Source: an uncultured Gammaproteobacteria bacterium (GTDB lineage Bacteria > Pseudomonadota > Gammaproteobacteria > CAWCPV01). From it: a stretch of DNA of 64,000 nt. The stretch is taken from NCBI GenBank assembly GCA_963797555.1, contig CAWCPV010000004.1, forward strand, positions 416,001 to 480,000, written 5' to 3'. How positions within the stretch are numbered: the stretch's first letter is position 1; every line of letters begins with the position of its first letter. The translations under genes were made by a program, and so were the position numbers. Under the pieces are notes generated by a model. It worked only from the letters and a program-made list of their open reading frames with translations. It was not told where the DNA came from and did no database searches. Shown here piece after piece: positions 8,297 to 20,674 of this stretch.

Positions 8297-9074
8297 ACCT
8301 TCCTCCTCCCATCCACACCACGCGCCCGCTGTCCAGTGCGTCCAGTGCGTCCGGCTTGATCCGCCGAACGTTCTCCATCTCCTTCACCCGAGTGGTTCGT
8401 TTTAGGCCATTTAGTAGGGTTTCTTGGCTTACCTGGTACCCGGCAAGGTATCAGAAAGATGGCAAAGGGCCAAGAGTGGCTGAGACGATGGAAGGGCGGG
8501 CGAGGCCATGCTTATGAATACCACCATTAGGCCGGCCATCTCCGTGGACAGGCGGACCGAGATCCGGGAGACTGGGTTGAAGGGGTGTTTGAATGGGCAA
8601 TGAACACGCCTGTAATAGGCCCCTTAGGGGTGGTTCGGGCGACCCTTCAAGAGACCGAGGCAAGCGGGATGAACCGGGATAATGCGGGATATTCCTCAAG
8701 GGGTGTGCGGCTTCGGACCCTGGTCCAGACTTCCTGGCATGTAGTGGGATACAATGACAACTCGCTGTGATAGGCTGGCGAGCCATCGGGGGCACCCCGA
8801 GCAATTTGAGGGTACTTTTGATGGTATCTCGGCCGGGCTTAGGTGAGAGATGCTTGAGGCGCAAAGGCTACAGGAGGTAGTGTGTGTTTGGCCATCACCA
8901 TACCGGTCTGGACTGCGCGCGCGCAGCCGAAAAGACTCTGGCAGTTCTCGCCAGATGTGTCGGTAGTCGCGGGTCGCCAGCTCTATCCGGCCTAACCGGA
9001 ATTCTGACTGTCGCCCTGGGAGCACGGAGCGACCAAGCCGTAAGTCCATTCCCCGCGACCAAAAGTGATCGGGG

Positions 9075-9431
9075 ATGCTAGCGAATTATCTGCCTATCCT
9101 GGTTTTCCTCGCAGTCGGGCTCGTGTTTGGTATGGTTCCCATCGGGATGGGTTATCTGCTGGGGCCGCAGCGGCCGGACGCGGAGAAGCTTTCGCCCTAC
9201 GAGTGCGGCTTCGAGGCATTCGAGGACTCGCGCATGAAATTCGACGTGCGCTACTACCTCGTGGCCATCCTCTTTATCATCTTCGATTTGGAGATCGCAT
9301 TTCTATTCCCGTGGGGCGTGGTACTGAAAGACATCGGTTGGCTCGGCTTCGTCGCCATGCTGGTGTTTCTCGGTATCCTCGTCGTCGGCTTCGTGTACGA
9401 GTGGAAGAAGGGCGCGCTCGAATGGGAATAG
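9075..9431 (+). CDS. nuoA: NADH-quinone oxidoreductase subunit A
   Basis: [37 protein letters not shown]. Confidence 0.97.
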   Translation: MLANYLPILVFLAVGLVFGMVPIGMGYLLGPQRPDAEKLSPYECGFEAFEDSRMKFDVRYYLVAILFIIFDLEIAFLFPWGVVLKDIGWLGFVAMLVFLGILVVGFVYEWKKGALEWE

Positions 9432-9898
9432 AGGGCCTGCTGCAGGAGGGCGTGGTCACCACGACTGCGGACAAGCTCATCAACTGGGCCCGCACCGGCT
9501 CCCTTTGGCCCATGACCTTCGGTCTGGCGTGCTGCGCGGTCGAGATGATGCACGCCGGCGCCTCGCGCTACGACCTGGACCGCTTCGGGGTGATGTTCCG
9601 CCCCAGTCCGCGCCAATCCGACGTGATGATCGTGGCGGGAACGCTGGTGAACAAGATGGCCCCCGCGCTTCGCAAGGTCTACGACCAGATGTCGGAGCCG
9701 CGCTGGGTGATCTCGATGGGTTCCTGTGCCAATGGCGGCGGCTACTATCATTATTCGTATGCGGTGGTGCGGGGCTGTGACCGTATCGTTCCCGTCGATG
9801 TCTACGTGCCCGGTTGCCCTCCAACCGCGGAGGCCCTCCTGTACGGCGTGATCCAACTGCAGAACAAGATCCGCCGCACTTGCACCATCGCCCGTTGA
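9422..9898 (+). CDS. nuoB: NADH-quinone oxidoreductase subunit B
   Basis: [30 protein letters not shown]; ATG at 9422. Confidence 0.97.
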   Translation: MGIEGLLQEGVVTTTADKLINWARTGSLWPMTFGLACCAVEMMHAGASRYDLDRFGVMFRPSPRQSDVMIVAGTLVNKMAPALRKVYDQMSEPRWVISMGSCANGGGYYHYSYAVVRGCDRIVPVDVYVPGCPPTAEALLYGVIQLQNKIRRTCTIAR

Positions 9899-9899
9899 C

Positions 9900-10556
9900 A
9901 TGGACGTCAACACCCTCGCGGAGCGGCTGCAACAGCGCTTCCAGGCGCAATTGACGCATAGCGGGGTCGAGCGGGGGGAGGTTACCGTAGAGGTGCCGTC
10001 GGCGGCCGTGCGCGAGGTCTGTCTCGTGCTGAGGGACGAGGAGCCGTTTGGCTTTGAGCAGCTCATGGACGTGTGCGGCGTCGACTACCTGGAGTACGGG
10101 ATGACCACGTACTCCCAGGGCGCCCAGGGTGCAGCACAACCGGCAGGTGCGGCGCGCTGGAGCGGACCTCGCTTTGCCGTCGTGTACCATCTCCTCTCGC
10201 TCAAACATAACCATCGGCTGCGGCTGCGCGCGCCCGTGGAAGGCGACCCCCCTGTGGCGGACTCCGTCACGGACATCTGGAGCTCGGCGAGCTGGTTCGA
10301 GCGCGAGGCCTTCGATCTGTTCGGCATCCTCTTCAGCGGGCATCCGGACCTGCGCCGCATCCTCACCGACTACGGCTTCGTCGGTCATCCCTTCCGCAAG
10401 GACTTCCCCCTCATCGGCAACGTCGAGGTGCGCTACGACATCGATAAGCAGCGCGTGGTCTATCAGCCGGTCAGTATCGAGCCCCGTGTGCTGGTGCCCA
10501 GAGTGATCCGCGACGACAGCCGCTATGTCGAGGGCGAGCCTGCCGACGACGCCTGA
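9900..10556 (+). CDS. nuoC: NADH-quinone oxidoreductase subunit C
   Basis: [39 protein letters not shown]. Confidence 0.97.
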   Translation: MDVNTLAERLQQRFQAQLTHSGVERGEVTVEVPSAAVREVCLVLRDEEPFGFEQLMDVCGVDYLEYGMTTYSQGAQGAAQPAGAARWSGPRFAVVYHLLSLKHNHRLRLRAPVEGDPPVADSVTDIWSSASWFEREAFDLFGILFSGHPDLRRILTDYGFVGHPFRKDFPLIGNVEVRYDIDKQRVVYQPVSIEPRVLVPRVIRDDSRYVEGEPADDA

Positions 10557-10564
10557 CAGTCATC

Positions 10565-11818
10565 ATGCCCGAGATCCGCAACTTCACCATGAACTTCGGC
10601 CCGCAGCACCCGTCCGCGCACGGTGTGCTGCGTCTCGTCCTGGAGATGGACGGCGAGGTCATCGAGCGGGCCGACCCCCATATTGGGCTGCTGCACCGCG
10701 CTACGGAGAAGCTCGCGGAGAGCAAGCCCTTCAACCACAGCATCGGTTACATGGACCGCTTGGACTACGTGTCCATGATGTGCAACGAGCACGCGTACGT
10801 GCGGGCCATCGAGAAGCTGCTCGGGATCGATGCGCCGGTCCGGGCCCAGTACATCCGCACCATGTTCGACGAGATTACGCGCATCCTGAATCACTTGCTG
10901 TGGCTGGGGGCGCACGGCCTGGACATCGGCGCCATGACCGTGTTCTTGTATTGCTTCCGGGAGCGCGAAGACCTGATGGACTGCTACGAGGCGGTCTCGG
11001 GCGCGCGCTTGCATGCGACCTACTATCGACCCGGAGGCGTGTACCGTGATCTTCCGGACGCCATGCCGAAATATCAGGTCTCCAAGTGGCACGATGCTGA
11101 TGCGGTAAGGGCACGTAACCGCAACCGCGAAGGCTCCCTGCTCGACTTCATCTGGGACTTCACCGAGCGTTTTCCGGGCTACGTCGACGACTACGAGACC
11201 TTGCTCACCGACAACCGCATCTGGAAGCAGCGTACGGTAGGCATCGGAGTGGTGTCCCCGGAACGCGCCCTGCAGTTGGGGTTTACCGGGCCGATGCTGC
11301 GCGGCTCCGGGGTGGAGTGGGACCTGCGCAAGATGCAGCCCTATGCCGTCTACGACCGGATGGATTTCGACATTCCAGTGGGAGTCAATGGCGATTGTTA
11401 CGATCGCTATCTAGTGCGCATCGAGGAGATGCGTCAGTCCAACCGCATCGTGCGCCAGTGCGTCGCATGGTTGCGGAACAACGCCGGCCCGGTCATGCTC
11501 GACGAGCCCAAGGTGGTTGCGCCGCGGCGCGAGGAGATGAAGCGCTCCATGGAGGCGCTGATCCATCACTTCAAGCTGTTTAGCGAGGGCTATTGTGTTC
11601 CGGAAGGTGAGGTGTACGCCGTCGTGGAGGCGCCGAAGGGCGAGTTCGGCGTGTATCTGATCTCCGACGGGGCCAACAAGCCCTATCGGGTCAAGATCCG
11701 CGCGCCCGGGTTCCCGCATCTGGCGGCTATGGATGAGATGTGCCGGGGTCACATGCTGGCCGACGTCGTTGCCATCATCAGCTCGCTGGACATCGTGTTC
11801 GGGGAGATCGACCGCTGA
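10565..11818 (+). CDS. nuoD: NADH-quinone oxidoreductase subunit D
   Basis: [31 protein letters not shown]. Confidence 0.98.
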   Translation: MPEIRNFTMNFGPQHPSAHGVLRLVLEMDGEVIERADPHIGLLHRATEKLAESKPFNHSIGYMDRLDYVSMMCNEHAYVRAIEKLLGIDAPVRAQYIRTMFDEITRILNHLLWLGAHGLDIGAMTVFLYCFREREDLMDCYEAVSGARLHATYYRPGGVYRDLPDAMPKYQVSKWHDADAVRARNRNREGSLLDFIWDFTERFPGYVDDYETLLTDNRIWKQRTVGIGVVSPERALQLGFTGPMLRGSGVEWDLRKMQPYAVYDRMDFDIPVGVNGDCYDRYLVRIEEMRQSNRIVRQCVAWLRNNAGPVMLDEPKVVAPRREEMKRSMEALIHHFKLFSEGYCVPEGEVYAVVEAPKGEFGVYLISDGANKPYRVKIRAPGFPHLAAMDEMCRGHMLADVVAIISSLDIVFGEIDR

Positions 11819-12300
11819 TGGCGGATCTGTCGGATGCGGCCCGGTCGGAGATCGACCGCTGGCTGGCGAAGTATCCACCGGAGCAGCGCCGTTCCGCCGT
11901 GATCGCGGCGCTCACGGCGGTGCAGCGGGAGAATGGTGGGTGGCTCACCACCGACCTCATGGATGCGGTGGCCGACTATCTGCGGGTTCCGCGCGTGGCG
12001 GTCTACGAGGTGGGCAGCTTCTATTCCATGTTCGAGCTGGCGCCGGTGGGTCGGCACAAGATCTCGGTGTGCACCAACATCTGCTGCATGCTGCGCGGCT
12101 CCGACGAGATCGTCCGGCACCTCGAGGGCAGGCTCGGAATTCGGCTGGGCGAGAGCACGCCAGATGGCAGGTTCACCCTCAAGGTGGAGGAGGAATGCCT
12201 GGCTGCCTGCGGTGGCGGCCCGATGATGACGGTGGATGGACACTACCACGAGGACCTGACGCCGGAGAAGGTGTCGGCTATCCTCGACGGCCTGGACTAG
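11818..12300 (+). CDS. nuoE: NADH-quinone oxidoreductase subunit E
   Basis: CTNICC.LRG and ECLAAC 2Fe-2S motifs; ATG overlaps the nuoD stop. Confidence 0.95.
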   Translation: MADLSDAARSEIDRWLAKYPPEQRRSAVIAALTAVQRENGGWLTTDLMDAVADYLRVPRVAVYEVGSFYSMFELAPVGRHKISVCTNICCMLRGSDEIVRHLEGRLGIRLGESTPDGRFTLKVEEECLAACGGGPMMTVDGHYHEDLTPEKVSAILDGLD

Positions 12301-12302
12301 CC

Positions 12303-13610
12303 ATGGCGAACGAGGTCTGCTTTCGGACACTGGAGCACGACCCCCCCTGGAGCCTGGAGACCTACCTCAAGGTCGGGGGCTATGAGGCATGGAAAAAGAT
12401 ACTCAGGGAGAGGACGTTGCCGGAGGTCATCATCGACGAGGTCAAGAAGTCTGCCCTGAGGGGGCGGGGCGGCGCAGGCTTTCCCACCGGAGTCAAGTGG
12501 AGCTTCATGCCTCGCAGCGCTCCGGGGCAGAAGTATCTCGTGTGCAACTCGGACGAGAGCGAGCCCGGAACCTTCAAGGATCGGGACATCCTGCGCTTCA
12601 ACCCTCACGCCGTAATCGAGGGGATGGCCATCGGCGGTTATGCGATGGGAGCCACCGTGGGCTACAACTACCTGCGTGGCGAGTTTCACCACGAGCCGTA
12701 TCAGCGCTTCGAGGCGGCACTGGAAGAGGCCCGCAGGGCCGGCCTCCTCGGCAACGATATCCAGGGCTCGGGGATCGACTTCCAGATTTACACGCACCTC
12801 GGGGCCGGGGCCTACATCTGCGGTGAGGAGACGGCCCTGCTCGAATCCCTCGAGGGCAAGAAGGGCCTGCCCCGCTATAAACCGCCCTTCCCCGCCACCC
12901 ACGGCCTGTATGGCCGGCCGACCACCATCAACAATACCGAGACGCTGGCATCGGTGCCTGCCATCCTGCGCCGCGGGGCCAAGTGGTTTCTCGAGCTGGG
13001 CAAGCCCAATAACGGCGGCTGTAAGATCTTTTGCGTGTCCGGCCACGTGAACCGGCCTGGGAACTATGAGCTGCGCCTCGGTACCCCTTTTCGGGATCTG
13101 CTGGAGGCGGCGGGAGGAGTGCGGGGCGGCCGCAAGCTCAAGGCGGTCGTGCCCGGCGGCTCCTCGATGCCCGTGCTGCCAGCAGGGACCATCATGGACT
13201 GCCCGATGGATTACGATTCACTGGCGAAGGCGGGCTCGGGACTGGGCTCGGCCGGCGTCATCGTGATGGACGAGACGACCTGCATGGTGCGCGCCCTTAT
13301 GCGCATCTCCCGCTTCTACTATGCGGAGTCGTGTGGGCAGTGCACGCCTTGCCGGGAGGGTACCGGCTGGCTGTACCGCGTGCTGCAGCGCCTAGAGCAC
13401 GGAAGGGGGCGGCCCGCCGACCTGGAGCTGCTGGTCAGGGCTGCGAGCCAGATTGAGGGGCATACCATCTGTGCTTTCGGGGATGCTGCGGCCTGGCCCG
13501 TGAAGAGCTTCATCAAGCACTTCCGCGCCGAGTTCGAAGACCACATCGAGCACAAGCGCTGCACGGCTGGAGCGCAGCACGATACGGTTCGCGCGGGAGC
13601 TGCCGCGTGA
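12303..13610 (+). CDS. nuoF: NADH-quinone oxidoreductase subunit F
   Basis: [46 protein letters not shown]. Confidence 0.97.
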   Translation: MANEVCFRTLEHDPPWSLETYLKVGGYEAWKKILRERTLPEVIIDEVKKSALRGRGGAGFPTGVKWSFMPRSAPGQKYLVCNSDESEPGTFKDRDILRFNPHAVIEGMAIGGYAMGATVGYNYLRGEFHHEPYQRFEAALEEARRAGLLGNDIQGSGIDFQIYTHLGAGAYICGEETALLESLEGKKGLPRYKPPFPATHGLYGRPTTINNTETLASVPAILRRGAKWFLELGKPNNGGCKIFCVSGHVNRPGNYELRLGTPFRDLLEAAGGVRGGRKLKAVVPGGSSMPVLPAGTIMDCPMDYDSLAKAGSGLGSAGVIVMDETTCMVRALMRISRFYYAESCGQCTPCREGTGWLYRVLQRLEHGRGRPADLELLVRAASQIEGHTICAFGDAAAWPVKSFIKHFRAEFEDHIEHKRCTAGAQHDTVRAGAAA

Positions 13611-16108
13611 ATCCCAATGCCCAGCCCCAGGACCGCCCCGCGGTCCACGTCAAGATCGACGGCATCCCGCTGACCGCCGCGAAGGGGGCGATGATTATCC
13701 AGGTAGCGGATGAGGCCGGTATCGTCATTCCCAGGTTCTGTTATCACAAAGAACTCTCCATCGCGGCCAATTGCCGCATGTGCCTGGTGGAGGTAGAGAA
13801 GGTGGCCAAGCCGCTGCCAGCGTGCGCCACGCCCGTGGCGGAAGGGATGACGGTGTTCACCAAATCCCCTAAGGCGATCGCCGCCCAGCGTGCGGTAGTG
13901 GAGTTCCTGCTCATCAACCATCCTCTGGACTGTCCCGTGTGCGACCAGGGGGGCGAGTGTCCGCTGCAGGAGCAGGCCATGGGGTTCGGACGCGGCGTGT
14001 CCCGCTTCGCCGAAGGCAAGCGCGCGGTCCGTGACAAGCACCTGGGTCCGCTGGTTGCGACCGCCATGACGCGGTGCATCCACTGCACCCGCTGCATCCG
14101 GTTCCTGGACGAGGTGGCGGGCGTTCACGAGCTCGGGGCGGTGGGCCGCGGCGAGCATATGGAGATCACCAACTATCTGGAGCACAGCCTGGCCTCCGAG
14201 CTGTCCGGCAATATCATCGATCTCTGCCCAGTGGGGGCGCTGCTGTCCAAACCGTACCTGAACACCGCGCGCCCCTGGGATCTGACGGCTGCGCCTTCGA
14301 TCGCCCCCCACGACGGCATCGGCTCCAACGTGGAGCTGCACCTGTTGCGCGGGCGGGTGATGCGGGTGTTGCCGCGCCCCCACCCCGAAATCAACAACAT
14401 CTGGCTCTCCGACCGGGATCGCTTCAGCTACCAGGGGCTCTACAGCGAGGATCGGCTGCTCGCCCCGATGTTGAAACGCGATGGACTTTGGCAGCACGTG
14501 GAATGGGAGGAGGCTCTGGAATATACGGCACGCCGCCTCACCGCGTTGCGTGAGCGCTACGGAGCAAGGCAGTTGGGGACCTTGGTGGCACCCAACTCCA
14601 CGCTAGAGGAGCTGTACCTCGCGCAAAAGCTGCTGCGAGCCTTCGGCAGCAATCACATCGACCATCGGGTGCGCCAAGGGGGGTTCAGTGATGATGACGC
14701 TCCATTGTCGCCGCCTTGGCTCGGCCAGAGTCTGCGCGGCCTGGAAGACGTGGATGCCGCCCTGCTCGTCGGCTCCAACGTGCGCAAAGATCAGCCTCTA
14801 GCGGCGTACCGCTTGCAACGGGCGTGTCTGCGGGGAGCGCGGGTGATGTGCCTCAACCCAGTGCGCTGCGATTTCCATTTCCCTGTGGCGCAGCAGATCG
14901 TCGTCCCTCCTGCCGCCATGCTGCATGCCCTCGCCGCTGTCTGCCGCGCCCTTGTCGACCTCGGCGCCGAGCGGCGGACGGATGGTCTTGAAGGCCTGCT
15001 CCAGGGGATGCAGCCGGAGGATACGCACCGGAGCATCGCGGAGGCGCTCTTCAAGGCCGAGAACGCCACGGTGCTGCTGGGGAACCTCGCGCTGGCGCAT
15101 CCCGATCTCGGTAGCTTGCGGGCCTTGGCGCTCGCGCTCGCGCAACTGAGCGACGCTCGGCTTGGTTATCTCCCCGAGTGGGCCAACGGGGTGGGGGCGT
15201 GGTTGGCGGGCGCTTTGCCGCATCGTCTTCCGGGGGGCGGTTCCGATGGGCACGCCGGCCTGAGCGCCCGCGGCATGCTGGAGGCGCGTCTCAAAGGCTA
15301 TCTGGTGTTGGGTCTGGAGCCGGAGGTCGATTGCTGGGATCAGGCCATGGCGCTCGCGGCCATGCAGCAGGCCGAGCTTGTGGTAATGCTCACGGCATAC
15401 CGTAGCGCCTCCATGGAGTCCTATGCGGAGGTCATGCTCCCCGTGGCGCCTTTCGCTGAGACCTCCGGGACGCTGGTCAACGGAGAAGGGCGCTGGCAGA
15501 GCTTTCGCGGGGCTGCAGCTCCACCGGGAGAGGCGCGTCCCGCGTGGAAGGTGCTGCGGGTGCTGGGTAATCTCCTGAAGCTTCCGGGCTTCGAGTACCG
15601 CTCGTCCGAGGAGGTGCGCGACGAGCTCCGGGCGATGTGTCCGGAGGGCTTGGCCGCCCACGACGGTGCCGGTCCCTTGCCGGCGGCGCTTTCTGTGAGC
15701 GACGGCGGCAGACTGGTGCGTATCGGGGAGGTTCCGATCTACGCCTTCGATCCTCTGGTGCGACGCGCATCGGCGTTGCAGGAGACGCCCGACGGCGCCG
15801 AGACCGGGGCCTACATGTGCGCGGAGCTGGCCGCGTCCCTGGGTGTCACCGGAAGCCCCAGCGTACGGGTGGCGCAGGGCGCAGCTCAGTGCTCGGTCCC
15901 GCTGGTCCTGGACGAGCGCGTGCCTTACGGTTGCGTGCTGATTCCGGCGGGGGTGCGGGCGACGGCTGGCTTGGGGCCCGCGTTCGGCGACGTTACGGTG
16001 GAGGGTGTGGGCACGGTCCAGCGGCCCGGACCATCGCACCCCGGAGCTCCAGCGCGTCCGGAAAAGTCGAAGGCGGGTGGCAGCCGTCGCGGCCAGAACG
16101 TCACCTAA
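13607..16108 (+). CDS. nuoG: NADH-quinone oxidoreductase subunit G
   Basis: [39 protein letters not shown]. Confidence 0.97.
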   Translation: MNPNAQPQDRPAVHVKIDGIPLTAAKGAMIIQVADEAGIVIPRFCYHKELSIAANCRMCLVEVEKVAKPLPACATPVAEGMTVFTKSPKAIAAQRAVVEFLLINHPLDCPVCDQGGECPLQEQAMGFGRGVSRFAEGKRAVRDKHLGPLVATAMTRCIHCTRCIRFLDEVAGVHELGAVGRGEHMEITNYLEHSLASELSGNIIDLCPVGALLSKPYLNTARPWDLTAAPSIAPHDGIGSNVELHLLRGRVMRVLPRPHPEINNIWLSDRDRFSYQGLYSEDRLLAPMLKRDGLWQHVEWEEALEYTARRLTALRERYGARQLGTLVAPNSTLEELYLAQKLLRAFGSNHIDHRVRQGGFSDDDAPLSPPWLGQSLRGLEDVDAALLVGSNVRKDQPLAAYRLQRACLRGARVMCLNPVRCDFHFPVAQQIVVPPAAMLHALAAVCRALVDLGAERRTDGLEGLLQGMQPEDTHRSIAEALFKAENATVLLGNLALAHPDLGSLRALALALAQLSDARLGYLPEWANGVGAWLAGALPHRLPGGGSDGHAGLSARGMLEARLKGYLVLGLEPEVDCWDQAMALAAMQQAELVVMLTAYRSASMESYAEVMLPVAPFAETSGTLVNGEGRWQSFRGAAAPPGEARPAWKVLRVLGNLLKLPGFEYRSSEEVRDELRAMCPEGLAAHDGAGPLPAALSVSDGGRLVRIGEVPIYAFDPLVRRASALQETPDGAETGAYMCAELAASLGVTGSPSVRVAQGAAQCSVPLVLDERVPYGCVLIPAGVRATAGLGPAFGDVTVEGVGTVQRPGPSHPGAPARPEKSKAGGSRRGQNVT

Positions 16109-16193
16109 GCGTGCTTCCCGGAGCCAGCCTGGAAAGGGCAAGGGCGGCTCCGGCGGATCACCGGACAATGCCGCCTGACGGCATGGGCGGGTC

Positions 16194-17207
16194 GTGTACG
16201 ATCTCATCATCCTGCTGCTGAAGATCGCCGCCATTCTGGTGCCGCTGATGCTGGCGGTGACCTACCTGACGTTCGCGGAGCGCAAGATTATCGGTTATAT
16301 ACAGGTGCGGATCGGCCCCAACCGAGTGGGACCGGGCGGCTGGCTACAGCCTATCGCCGACGCCCTGAAGCTTCTGATGAAGGAGGTCATCGTCCCGACC
16401 AACGCCAACCGTTTCCTGTTCCTCGGTGCGCCGGTCCTGGCGATCGCCCCCGCGCTTGCTGCGTGGGCCGTGGTTCCCTTCACCGACCATCTGGTACTGG
16501 CGGACATCAACGCCGGCCTGCTGTACGTGCTGGCGCTGACCTCCACGGGGGTGTACGGCATCATCATCGCCGGCTGGGCCTCCAACTCCAAGTATGCTTT
16601 CCTGGGAGCGATGCGGTCCGCAGCGCAGATCGTCGCCTACGAGATCGCCATGGGTTTCGCACTGGTGGGCGTCGTCATGGCGGCCGGAAGCCTGAACCTC
16701 AGGGCCATCGTTGCGGCCCAGGAGGGCACGCTCCTCAGTTGGTTCTGGCTGCCGCTGTTTCCGCTTTTCATCATTTATTTCGTGGCCGGCGTGGCGGAGA
16801 CCAACCGCTCGCCTTTCGACGTGGCCGAGGGCGAGTCGGAGATCGTGGCTGGGTTTCACGTGGAGTACTCGGGGATGACCTTTGCGGTCTTCTTCCTGGC
16901 GGAGTACGCCAACATGATTCTGGTGTCGGCCCTGGCGAGCCTGCTGTTCCTGGGTGGCTGGCTTTCGCCATTCTCGGGCATACCGATCCTGGAAGGGCTG
17001 TTCGGCTGGGTTCCCGGGTTAGTATGGCTGGGTCTAAAGACTGGCGTCTTTCTCTTCTTCTACCTTTGGTTTCGCGCCACTTTCCCGCGCTATCGCTACG
17101 ACCAGATCATGCGGCTCGGATGGAAGGTGTTCATCCCCATCACTCTGGTGTGGCTCGTGGTCATAGGTCTCGGCGTGCTGTCACGCGTGCCGCCGTGGTT
17201 TGACTAG
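16194..17207 (+). CDS. nuoH: NADH-quinone oxidoreductase subunit H
   Basis: [37 protein letters not shown]. Confidence 0.97.
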   Translation: MYDLIILLLKIAAILVPLMLAVTYLTFAERKIIGYIQVRIGPNRVGPGGWLQPIADALKLLMKEVIVPTNANRFLFLGAPVLAIAPALAAWAVVPFTDHLVLADINAGLLYVLALTSTGVYGIIIAGWASNSKYAFLGAMRSAAQIVAYEIAMGFALVGVVMAAGSLNLRAIVAAQEGTLLSWFWLPLFPLFIIYFVAGVAETNRSPFDVAEGESEIVAGFHVEYSGMTFAVFFLAEYANMILVSALASLLFLGGWLSPFSGIPILEGLFGWVPGLVWLGLKTGVFLFFYLWFRATFPRYRYDQIMRLGWKVFIPITLVWLVVIGLGVLSRVPPWFD

Positions 17208-17218
17208 GACGACCCCCG

Positions 17219-17707
17219 ATGCGCCGCCTCCGCGATTATGTGAGAAGCCTGTTCCTCTGGGAGCTGCTGTTGGGGCTCAAGCTCACCGGCCGGCACCTCT
17301 TCGCCCCCAAGGTTACCGTTCAATACCCCGAGGAGAAGACGCCGCTCTCGCCGCGTTTCCGGGGTCTGCACGCCCTTCGCCGCTATCCCAACGGCGAGGA
17401 GCGCTGTATCGCCTGCAAGCTGTGCGAGGCGGTCTGTCCCGCGCTCGCCATCACGATCGAGTCGGAGCAGCGCGCGGACGGGACCCGGCGTACGACCCGC
17501 TACGAGATCGACCTCTTCAAGTGCATCTATTGCGGCTTCTGCGAAGAGTCCTGTCCCGTGGACTCCATCGTCGAGACGCGACATTTCGAGTTCCACTTCG
17601 AGAAGCGGGGCGGGCATGTCATCACCAAGGCGGAGCTGCTCGCCAACGGCGACCGCTACGAGGCCCAGCTCGCGGCGGACCGGGCGGCAGACGCGCGGTA
17701 CCGCTAA
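17219..17707 (+). CDS. nuoI: NADH-quinone oxidoreductase subunit I
   Basis: Two 4Fe-4S motifs: [12 protein letters not shown] and [12 protein letters not shown]. Confidence 0.97.
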   Translation: MRRLRDYVRSLFLWELLLGLKLTGRHLFAPKVTVQYPEEKTPLSPRFRGLHALRRYPNGEERCIACKLCEAVCPALAITIESEQRADGTRRTTRYEIDLFKCIYCGFCEESCPVDSIVETRHFEFHFEKRGGHVITKAELLANGDRYEAQLAADRAADARYR

Positions 17708-17739
17708 CGGCCAAGAAGGAGGGCGGTGGGAGCCGGTTC

Positions 17740-18339
17740 ATGGCGATCGAGGCATTCATTTTCTACGTGTTCGCAGGCATCCTGGTGCTGGCCGGGGGTA
17801 TGGTGGTCACGGTGCGCAACCCCGTGTACGCCGCACTGTTTCTGGTGCTCGCGTTCTTCACCAGCGCGGCACTCTGGCTGCTTTTGGAGGCGGAGTTCCT
17901 CGCCATCACGCTGGTCCTGGTCTACGTCGGTGCCGTCATGGTGCTGTTCCTGTTCGTGATCATGATGCTGGACATCAACTTGGCGCGCTTCCGCGAGCGC
18001 TTTGCCGCCTATCTTCCGGTGAGCGTCACGGTGGCAGCTCTGATGGCACTGGAGCTGATCCTGATGTTCGGCGCGGGCCGCTTCGGGGCCGCGCGCAGTC
18101 CGTCCCCCAAGCCAGCGGACTACAGCAACACTGCGGCCCTCGGCTCCCTGCTGTATACGAAGTACGTCTATCCCTTCGAGATCGCTGCGGTCATTCTGTT
18201 GGTTGCCATCGTCGCGGCCATCGCGCTCACGATGCGCCGCCACCGCCAGAGCAGGTACATGAGTCCGGCCTCCCAGGTGGCGGTGCGCAGGGCAGAGCGG
18301 GTGCGTCTGGTCAAGATGGCGCCGCACAAGAAGTCGTAG
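17740..18339 (+). CDS. nuoJ: NADH-quinone oxidoreductase subunit J
   Basis: [27 protein letters not shown]; ATG at 17740. Confidence 0.95.
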   Translation: MAIEAFIFYVFAGILVLAGGMVVTVRNPVYAALFLVLAFFTSAALWLLLEAEFLAITLVLVYVGAVMVLFLFVIMMLDINLARFRERFAAYLPVSVTVAALMALELILMFGAGRFGAARSPSPKPADYSNTAALGSLLYTKYVYPFEIAAVILLVAIVAAIALTMRRHRQSRYMSPASQVAVRRAERVRLVKMAPHKKS

Positions 18340-18379
18340 CACTGCACGGCGTCGAGTTGTAAGGGGGCGGGAAAGCAGC

Positions 18380-18685
18380 GTGATCGCACTCTCGGATTAT
18401 CTGATCGTCGGGGCCATCCTGTTCTCGTTGAGCGTCGCGGGCATCTTCCTGAACCGCAAGAATCTGATCATCCTGCTGATGTGCATCGAGCTGATGCTGC
18501 TTGCGGTGAACCTCAACTTCATTGCCTTCTCCCACTTCCGGCAGGACATGGCCGGGCAAGTCTTCGTATTCTTCGTGCTGACCGTGGCGGCGGCCGAGTC
18601 CGCCATCGGCCTCGCCATCCTGGTCGTCTTGTTCAGGAACCGAGATACCATTCACGTGGACGACCTCGACAGTCTCAAGGGCTGA
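18380..18685 (+). CDS. nuoK: NADH-quinone oxidoreductase subunit K
   Basis: [24 protein letters not shown]. Confidence 0.97.
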   Translation: MIALSDYLIVGAILFSLSVAGIFLNRKNLIILLMCIELMLLAVNLNFIAFSHFRQDMAGQVFVFFVLTVAAAESAIGLAILVVLFRNRDTIHVDDLDSLKG

Positions 18686-18699
18686 CCGCTGCCCCACCC

Positions 18700-20652
18700 A
18701 TGAAGGCTACGTATCTTGCCATCGTGCTCGCGCCGCTCGTCGGCAGCGTGATCGCCGGAGTGTTCGCCCGTTTCGTGGGCCGGTCGGGCGCCCACTGGGC
18801 CACCATCCTGGGAGTGGCCGTATCGTTTGCGCTGTCGTGGCTCACCTTCAAACATATCGTCCTGGACGGGGCCGAGCCCTTCAACGGTCCGGTCTATGTC
18901 TGGATGACCAGCGGCGGCGTGAGCTTCCAGATAGGGTTCCTGGTGGATCAGCTGACCGCGACCATGATCTTGGTGGTGAGCTTCGTGTCGCTCATGGTGC
19001 ACATCTACTCGGTGGGATACATGGCGGAAGACCCCGGTTACCAGCGCTTCTTCAGCTACATCGCGCTGTTCACCTTCTCCATGCTGACCCTGGTGATGAG
19101 CAACAACTTCCTCCAGCTGTTCTTCGGCTGGGAGGCAGTCGGGCTCCTGTCCTACCTTCTGATCGGCTTCTGGTACCAGAAGGAGTCCGCGGCTTATGCC
19201 AGCCTCAAGGCGTTCCTGGCCAACCGCGTCGGGGACCTGGGTTTCCTGCTGGGCATCGCGGCGGTGCTGGCGTATTTCCACAGTCTCGACTACGCGGTGG
19301 TGTTCGACCAGGCACCGTCTGTGGCCGGGCGAGCCGTGGAGATCCTGCCCGGTGTGCCCTGGTCGGTGATGTCGCTGATCTGTCTGCTGCTCTTCGTGGG
19401 CGCCATGGGAAAGTCGGCCCAGGTTCCGCTGCATGTGTGGCTGCCAGACTCCATGGAGGGCCCGACGCCCATCTCGGCGCTCATTCATGCGGCGACCATG
19501 GTGACGGCGGGCATATTCATGGTCGCGCGCATGTCCCCCCTCTTCGAGCTTTCGGAGACGGCGCTCAGCGTGGTGCTCGTGATCGGGGCGATCACGGCCT
19601 TCTTCATGGGGCTGTTGGCGATCGTCCAGAACGACATCAAGCGCGTCGTGGCGTACTCGACGCTGTCTCAGCTGGGTTACATGACAGTCGCCTTGGGTGC
19701 GTCCGCGTACGCAGCCGGGATCTTTCACCTCGTGACCCACGCCTTCTTCAAGGCCTTGCTGTTTCTCGCGGCCGGCTCGGTCATCATCGCCGTGCACCAT
19801 GAGCAGGACATCCGCAAGATGGGGGGGTTGAAGCGTTTCCTGCCGGTGACCCACTGGACCTTCCTCGCCGGCGGCTTGGCCCTGTGCGGGATTCCCCCGT
19901 TCGCGGGGTTTTTCTCCAAGGATGCCATCATCGAGGCGGTGCGCGCGGCGCACGTGCCGGGAGCGGGATTCGCCTACGCTCTCGTGTTGAGCAGCGTGTT
20001 TGTGACAGCCCTGTACACATTCCGGCTCTATTTCCTGGTGTTCCACGGGAACTCCCAGGGCGATCCCCGCGGCCACCACGCCCCCCAAGAGCCGCGGTGG
20101 GTGGTGACCTTGCCGCTGGTGCTGCTCGCGGTCCCGTCGGTATTGGCCGGGGCGGTGCTGGTCGGTCCGATGCTGTTCGGCGACTGGTTCGGCGAGGCGA
20201 TCCGCATCCTGCCCGCTCACGCCGCCCTCGGACCCTTCGCGGAGCACTACCCTGGACTGCGGAGCTATATTTGGCAAGGCATGGGCGCATGGCCGTTCTG
20301 GCTGGCGCTGCTGGGTATCTGGAGCGCCTGGTACCTCTATTTGCGCCATCCTCACTTGCCGGCGGCGTTGAAGGCGCGTGCCGGCTGGCTGTATACGCTG
20401 CTCGACCGGAAGTACGGCTTCGACGACTTCAACGACCTGTTCCTCGCCGGTGGCGCGCGCGCGGCCGGGCGAGCGCTATGGCAGGGGGGCGACGTGACGC
20501 TGATCGACGGCCTGCTGGTCAACGGCACCGCCCGCTCCATCGGCTGGCTCGCCGGCGTGCTCAGGGCCATTCAATCGGGCTATCTCTACCACTACGCATT
20601 CTCCATGATCATCGGACTGTTGGCGCTGCTGAGCTGGTTCGTCTACGGTTGA
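18700..20652 (+). CDS. nuoL: NADH-quinone oxidoreductase subunit L
   Basis: GKSAQVPLHVWLPDSMEGPTPISALIHAATMV; ATG at 18700. Confidence 0.97.
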   Translation: MKATYLAIVLAPLVGSVIAGVFARFVGRSGAHWATILGVAVSFALSWLTFKHIVLDGAEPFNGPVYVWMTSGGVSFQIGFLVDQLTATMILVVSFVSLMVHIYSVGYMAEDPGYQRFFSYIALFTFSMLTLVMSNNFLQLFFGWEAVGLLSYLLIGFWYQKESAAYASLKAFLANRVGDLGFLLGIAAVLAYFHSLDYAVVFDQAPSVAGRAVEILPGVPWSVMSLICLLLFVGAMGKSAQVPLHVWLPDSMEGPTPISALIHAATMVTAGIFMVARMSPLFELSETALSVVLVIGAITAFFMGLLAIVQNDIKRVVAYSTLSQLGYMTVALGASAYAAGIFHLVTHAFFKALLFLAAGSVIIAVHHEQDIRKMGGLKRFLPVTHWTFLAGGLALCGIPPFAGFFSKDAIIEAVRAAHVPGAGFAYALVLSSVFVTALYTFRLYFLVFHGNSQGDPRGHHAPQEPRWVVTLPLVLLAVPSVLAGAVLVGPMLFGDWFGEAIRILPAHAALGPFAEHYPGLRSYIWQGMGAWPFWLALLGIWSAWYLYLRHPHLPAALKARAGWLYTLLDRKYGFDDFNDLFLAGGARAAGRALWQGGDVTLIDGLLVNGTARSIGWLAGVLRAIQSGYLYHYAFSMIIGLLALLSWFVYG

Positions 20653-20674
20653 TCGCGCGCGAAAGCTGATCCGC

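Larger units (their letters stand above)
2074..8900. mobile_element. P4/PICI-like integrative satellite element (right portion; left end and integrase lie outside the window)
   Basis: alpA-primase-DUF927-ori module plus cargo. It ends before nuoA with tandem TTTGA(G/T)GGTA(C/T) arm-like repeats at 8805-8827. Confidence 0.7.

Noticed and set aside
8331-8353. GTCCAGTGC short tandem repeat upstream of the DUF4124 gene
   Set aside because: Only about 2.5 copies of 9 bp; too weak to interpret.
8400-9070. Intact tRNA upstream of nuoA
   Set aside because: No GTTCGA T-loop or cloverleaf found; only a possible 3' fragment.
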